A DNA stretch of 57,079 nt, counting the filler, from Sluysia triapertura (Eukaryota): the NCBI GenBank assembly GCA_046118255.1. It is 4 parts of 4 records of this genome, joined end to end, with 100 filler letters (N's around TTAATTAATTAA, not from the genome) between each part and the next. Parts side by side here need not be neighbours in the genome. Positions count along the whole stretch, not along the records: positions 44,820 to 57,079 come from JBJNIA010124856.1; 3 more parts are not named here. One strand, given 5' to 3'. The translations under genes and the position numbers were made by a program. Each line of letters starts with the position of its first letter. Positions within the stretch are counted from its first letter, which is position 1. This document shows, piece by piece, positions 51,911-57,079 of this stretch. The notes under the pieces were generated by a model. That model was not told where the DNA came from, searched no databases, and was given only the letters and a program-made list of their open reading frames with translations.

Positions 51911-52306
51911 TTTTGAGCAAGTTTGTTTGCCAGGCTTTAATTTATTAAAAATATAGGAATTTGGATATAAATTAAAAACGTAAGCAAATTTATAAATAAT
52001 TTTTCTTTTATGTTTCTAACTGGACAATGGGTTCTGTTTTCTTCTTTAATGGAAATTATCTTCGATTAATAATTTTGTTAGTTATTTGTCCGTCTGTTAT
52101 TTAATGAATTTCTTAATCTATTTAATTTAATTTATTATTAATTATGTTAGTTCACAATACATTTTATTATTAAATTCAATTAACAATACATATTAAATTT
52201 ATTAATTTATAATTTCTGTTAATATTAAATTTATTATCAATAATTTACTAATAACATTATGTTAGTTCATATTCACAATAAATGAATTATAATCATAGTA
52301 ACAATA

Positions 52307-52338
<32 letters not shown>

Positions 52339-53329
52339 GTTAGTATTCACATTTTAACTGATTTCTGGTGTTATATTTGCATCTATTTTGATTCGTGGTG
52401 TTTCTGGAAGTGAATTAAGATTGAAAGATTCGTAGTCATACTTACTTCTGATACTTTTTGATGTTTAAAAAGATATACTTTGCGTTTTTATCATTTTTTG
52501 AGTTGTAAAGTGAATTTTCATATATAATTTGATATTTTTAATCTTGTAAATGATGGAGATACAATACATTCGAATGTTTTTATTTTCATGGCATTTTCAA
52601 CAACATTTACATTTTCGAAATATTTCTTTCAACAGGCTGAATGAGGAGTCCGAGAATGAATGCATTTGAAATGATTTATTATGAAATACACTGAAAAATG
52701 TAATAAAATCTGTTTTATTTTGATTTAGCAAGAAGTCAAGAAACATTATGGTTGTGATGCTTATGATTCCGTTGACATAGAAAATGTTGGAAATAGTGGA
52801 TCTGCATATTCGCATTTCGACGAATTTATTGCTCATGTTAGTTTAGAATGTTCTTCCTATTGTAATATAATTATAATTAATACGAGGATTCAGTAGTCCA
52901 TTATGAATGACAGTATCGACGAATACAACAAGTAATATTTTCATAGACGAATGAGGTAATTCCGGAAAAAAATCGATATTAATTAATTTTAATTATTAAT
53001 AAATTTAATAGGTGCAAGACAAATAATCAAAGATTGGTTAGAAAGCATTGCACATGTCACAGTTATAGTTGAACTTATTAAAATGGTCACTTTTGATTTA
53101 TTAATACACGAAGATGTTCAGTAACCATGGTGGCATGATGCAGAAACAAAGCCAAAGTCGTCAAAAGAAGACAAAAGATGAGATGAGAGAAAATGTGAAG
53201 TGTTTAAAATAAAAGTATAATCAATTGAAAGAATTAAATTATAAGACACAATAAGTAAAAATTAGTGATATAATAGAGATAAAGAAGTTTTGAATAAAGT
53301 TGTTGACTCTATTCGTAATTCTCAATAAA

Positions 53330-54770
53330 TTATTTGTAACTAACATTCAACTTATATAAACTCGATAATGCATTAATAATTTGTTTACAATAAAGCTCGA
53401 CCATCCTGTTTTTTGTCATTGCATCGTCATCGTCAGGATCGGTTTCAATATTGAATCTAACTAACATGTGACCATAAAAGACAACTGTAATTTTGTGATC
53501 AGAATTGGTTCCATAAGGAGTACATAGGTAACATAGTGATTCATACTTGAGAAACTGTGGCATTTCACATTGATCATTTTGCCGATTATCAAAATTACTC
53601 GACTAAGTTCTGAGAAATCCCCTACTTAAGTACTAATATTGTCTGCAATGCTATGTTTGAATTCCTTCATTATTATGTCGACCGATATTCTATGTTTCAC
53701 ATCTAAATGTAAGTTGTTGAAATAAGCAGTGATGTTGTTATGTAATTTCTGACTCAATTTGGCTACTTCAGGTCGGATTAACACTTTTATATTAGTTTTA
53801 TTCACCGCGAAAATTTCGTGACTAGCTTCCAGAGTTTCATCTTTAGACTAGATGACGTTATTAAATATTTGATCTATGTGAATGCTCGGACAAAAAGATA
53901 AAACTACTCTGATACGATTACCAATCAAACTATTATGGTAATCTAAACAGATAGAAGTCATAACCGAGTGTAAAATTTCACTTAAGTAATCAGGTAGTGT
54001 TGTTTTCATGATTTCTTCTTCCATCATTCCGTCGTACTTATCCATATGACTTCGATTCTCTTTAATAATTGCTTTACTTTTTATATGGGTAGATGCAGAT
54101 ATTTTAGAAGTCTTATAAACCTTTGGACTGACAGTAACAATTTCTTTCGCCATCGAAATGATAAGTTGAATAGGCGATTGATTTGTAAAAATTGCAATAA
54201 AATTTGATTCAGAAACATTACCAAATTCATAATAGCTTTGATCATTAACAATTACCGACACGATTAAATGCAATTTAAATCTACTTATATTTAACCTTCT
54301 TTCTGTTGCTGATTTTTTACTAAATATTCTTGAATTCCTTGATAAATATCAATTAAATTGACAATCATTTTGTTGTCACCATCATAAATATCATCTGCTG
54401 AAATACAAGACAACAATACAATTAAAATTTGTTGAAATAATACTTCGATAAGCCTATTGATATTAAGTATACTAGAAGATTTATCATTGAATTATAGATG
54501 AATATCATTGAGCAAAGAATTAAAAATTTGTTTATGAATTCGAATTAATAACTTATCTCCTACATTCTTTAAATCACTTATACAAGTATACTTTTCTTCA
54601 TCTTTGAAACAATTATCTGATAAAATTAATAAAATGAGTCGTACTGTTGTGTTGCAACACAGACTTGAACAACATATTCGATAAAAATACGTAATTATTT
54701 TTTGAGCACCGACTATAATTTTTGTAGTAATATTGTCCAATCCAAATAAGTTTAATTTTAGTATTGATAT
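53330..54770 (-). pseudogene. Fragmented orphan ORF downstream of module copy 6
   Basis: Chain of minus-strand ORFs (54492-54794, 53848-54273, 53330-53563) broken by stops. No confident domain. Confidence 0.45.
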
Positions 54771-54773
54771 AAC

Positions 54774-54937
54774 ATTGATTGGACGTCCGATCAATTTCTA
54801 TATTTAGGGAGCCACATAATTATATAGGCACGTATGCAATTATGATGTAACACTGATCATATTGAATGTAATTAACTGTCATCAGTCGACAGTCAAGTGA
54901 CATGCTGGATAATTTATCAACTGTCGACTGGTGACAG
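54774..54937 (-). promoter_or_regulatory. Inverted-repeat module, copy 6 (minus strand)
   Basis: Stem 1 matches 17/18: CTGTCATCAGTCGACAGT (54876) / ACTGTCGACTGGTGACAG (54920-54937). The minus strand then reads TGATCGGACGTCCAATCA (cf. TGATTGGATGACCAATCA in copy 1). A TAT-rich spacer lies upstream at 54960-55060. Confidence 0.65.
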
Positions 54938-55319
54938 AGTAATATAATTACATAAAATTTTAGCCAAATGATAATGACCATATTACTGGTCGTAGTAATG
55001 AAAATAACAGTAATGATAATAAAATGATAAAATAAGAATGTTTTTAATGCTAATAATAGTACAATTTGACAAAATACCAATTAAAATGTGACCAGATTAC
55101 CGAACTTTATCTCTGTATAACTTGGTGTCTAACTAAATGTACCTAAATAATTCTGAGTGTTGTGATAATGATATGTTAAAGGACATTATCATGATCCTTA
55201 TTTTAACATCGCTACAATTAAATAAATTTATTATTTAATAGGTTTATTCGAATTTAGTAATATTAAAAATGTTTGTTTAACAAAATTATGTTCTTTGCAC
55301 ATTAAATTAATTTTTTACT

Positions 55320-56909
55320 TTATTCCTTAACAAAGAAAATAGAATAGCAACAGCTGAAACTATTTATTGTATACAAGTATTTAATGTTTGAATTTGAATT
55401 TTGATAAAAATTATCCTTCTTCCGAATATGCCTCGTCATTCTACAAAATTTGGATATTGTAAATATGTAAGTGATTTTATAATAAATTAAATCAAAACTT
55501 GATATTACATTAAGGTCCTGTTGATACTTGATGTCCGCCAACAAGTGTTGATTCTAAGAATATGGTCGGATGATGAATATAGGTTGGATGATGAACCAAA
55601 GAGAGCAATAGTTTCAAAAGCATCATGACTGTAGATACAATCTCCGCCATATCTGTAACATTGTCCATTTTGTAATCTTTCGTATAGACACAAGCCATAT
55701 TTATAATATTTGAATTGATGACCATAAGGTTTTACGTTTTCAGATGATAACATGTCATCACCATAATAATGTTTTAAATTTACAATTCTTGTTTTCGCTT
55801 TTGTCTTAATATTCATTAATGACATACTTTTATTTGTCGTAAATCGATATCGATGGGAACATGTATAGGTTCATCCTTTTCTATCTCGATATAATTTAAA
55901 ATATTAAGATAATTGGTATAGAATCGTTTCATTTGCAAGTTACGAGATATCTAACTAAACATGTTTCTAACTAATGATATCATTTTATTACGTATGAATC
56001 AACATCGATGAGGAACAGTATACTTTTATCTATTTTTATTAAGATATGAAATGAATTATTAATTTGGTTGGTATCTAATCGTTTTATTTGAAAGTCATGG
56101 GATATCTCGATAAATTTTCTTGTAACATCTTGTTTTGCATTTTGTTTGTCTATTAAGTTTAGCATACAATTTAGCATACAACTGATTTCGATAAGTTTCA
56201 CAAATTTCAATTCTATAATCGGTTCTTTAACAAATTTAAATGCTAATTGATCAAACTGTTCCATTAAGCAAAATTTTAACAAAATATTATCCAAAAGTTC
56301 ATGTTTAGATAGCATTGTTTCCATAATAATGACTTTATGCGAGAATAATCTTAAAATTTAATATAAGTTTCTAGATATTCTGTTAAAAGATAATTAACTA
56401 ATAAACTCAATTATGGGGTTGTTGTATGTGTTTGTTTGAAAATTAAAATGATTTAGAATCTTTAGAAGAGTCATTGAGGGCGTATCATTATAAAACAACC
56501 GAACGTGTTGACGAATTTTAGACTTATTAACATAATGAGTGAAATTTAAAGACTTGAGTACTTTAAAGTTACACCATGAAAAAATTGGATCATTTGCATT
56601 CTTAAATAATATAAGTTTATTTTGAATAATTATATGCTCGTCGATACAACACATTTCATATTGAGAAAGTTTAATTAAAATTTTGTAATTTTTGTATTTT
56701 AATTCTTTTATAATTGTGATGTATTTAATTTCTTGAAAACTCTTATAAAACTTTTGCCTTTTGTAGAAATTATTAATTTTTTTAGATCTTTCGTTATTTA
56801 ATCTTAAAATCTTTAGGCTTTTCTTATTATTACATTGAGGAGATTTATGAACATTATACGAACAAAGAGAAATAAAAGATTTAAATTTAATATCTATTAA
56901 TCTACACAA
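55320..56909 (-). pseudogene. Fragmented ORF chain containing an intact CCCH zinc finger
   Basis: ORF 55505..55825 has YKYGLCLYERLQNGQCYRYGGDCIYSH (C-x9-C-x6-C-x3-H, 55625-55690). Same-strand ORFs 56394-56909 and 55980-56324 lie upstream. Confidence 0.6.
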
Positions 56910-57079
56910 AATTTGTATTATACTAAATAATGTTTTTAATATTATTGATAGATGGCACGTCTCTTGCTCCTTGGATCCATTTTCATTCTTTAAAAAGATA
57001 AGTTTTCTAAAAAAGATAATATAATGATAATAATTGTTTATAAAAATATAAATAAACTTTGTTATAAAATTTTTACTTT

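Overview
Very AT-rich eukaryotic (animal-like) genomic DNA with tiny (~34 bp) GT-AG introns. A compact invertebrate parasite such as an orthonectid would fit, but that is inference only. The window is four pieces joined by artificial 100-bp N/TTAATTAATTAA/N linkers (18703-18802, 32495-32594, 44720-44819). Clearly intact host genes are few: a 4-exon UCHL5/UCH37 deubiquitinase (minus strand) and an intronless class A GPCR. There are also two divergent alpha-tubulin fragments and a PNGase/NGLY1 pseudogene fragment. Most of the rest is decayed mobile DNA: Tc1 and pogo deletion derivatives, piggyBac-type MITEs, a hAT end, a retropepsin relic, tRNA-derived repeats and several unclassified dispersed repeats. 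The most striking signal is a cassette architecture seen six times across three of the four pieces. In full form it runs: a G-poor leader starting TGT(G/A)GTG, a purine block, a (TAT)-rich spacer, two inverted-repeat stems whose arms co-vary between copies (the second built from CCAAT/CCAAC boxes), then a variable, apparently intronless, decaying ORF. Several of these ORFs carry a C-x9-C-x6-C-x3-H zinc finger. One 4.0-kb unit holding two tandem cassettes has TGT...ACA ends and a probable 4-bp target-site duplication. All alignments were made by eye.
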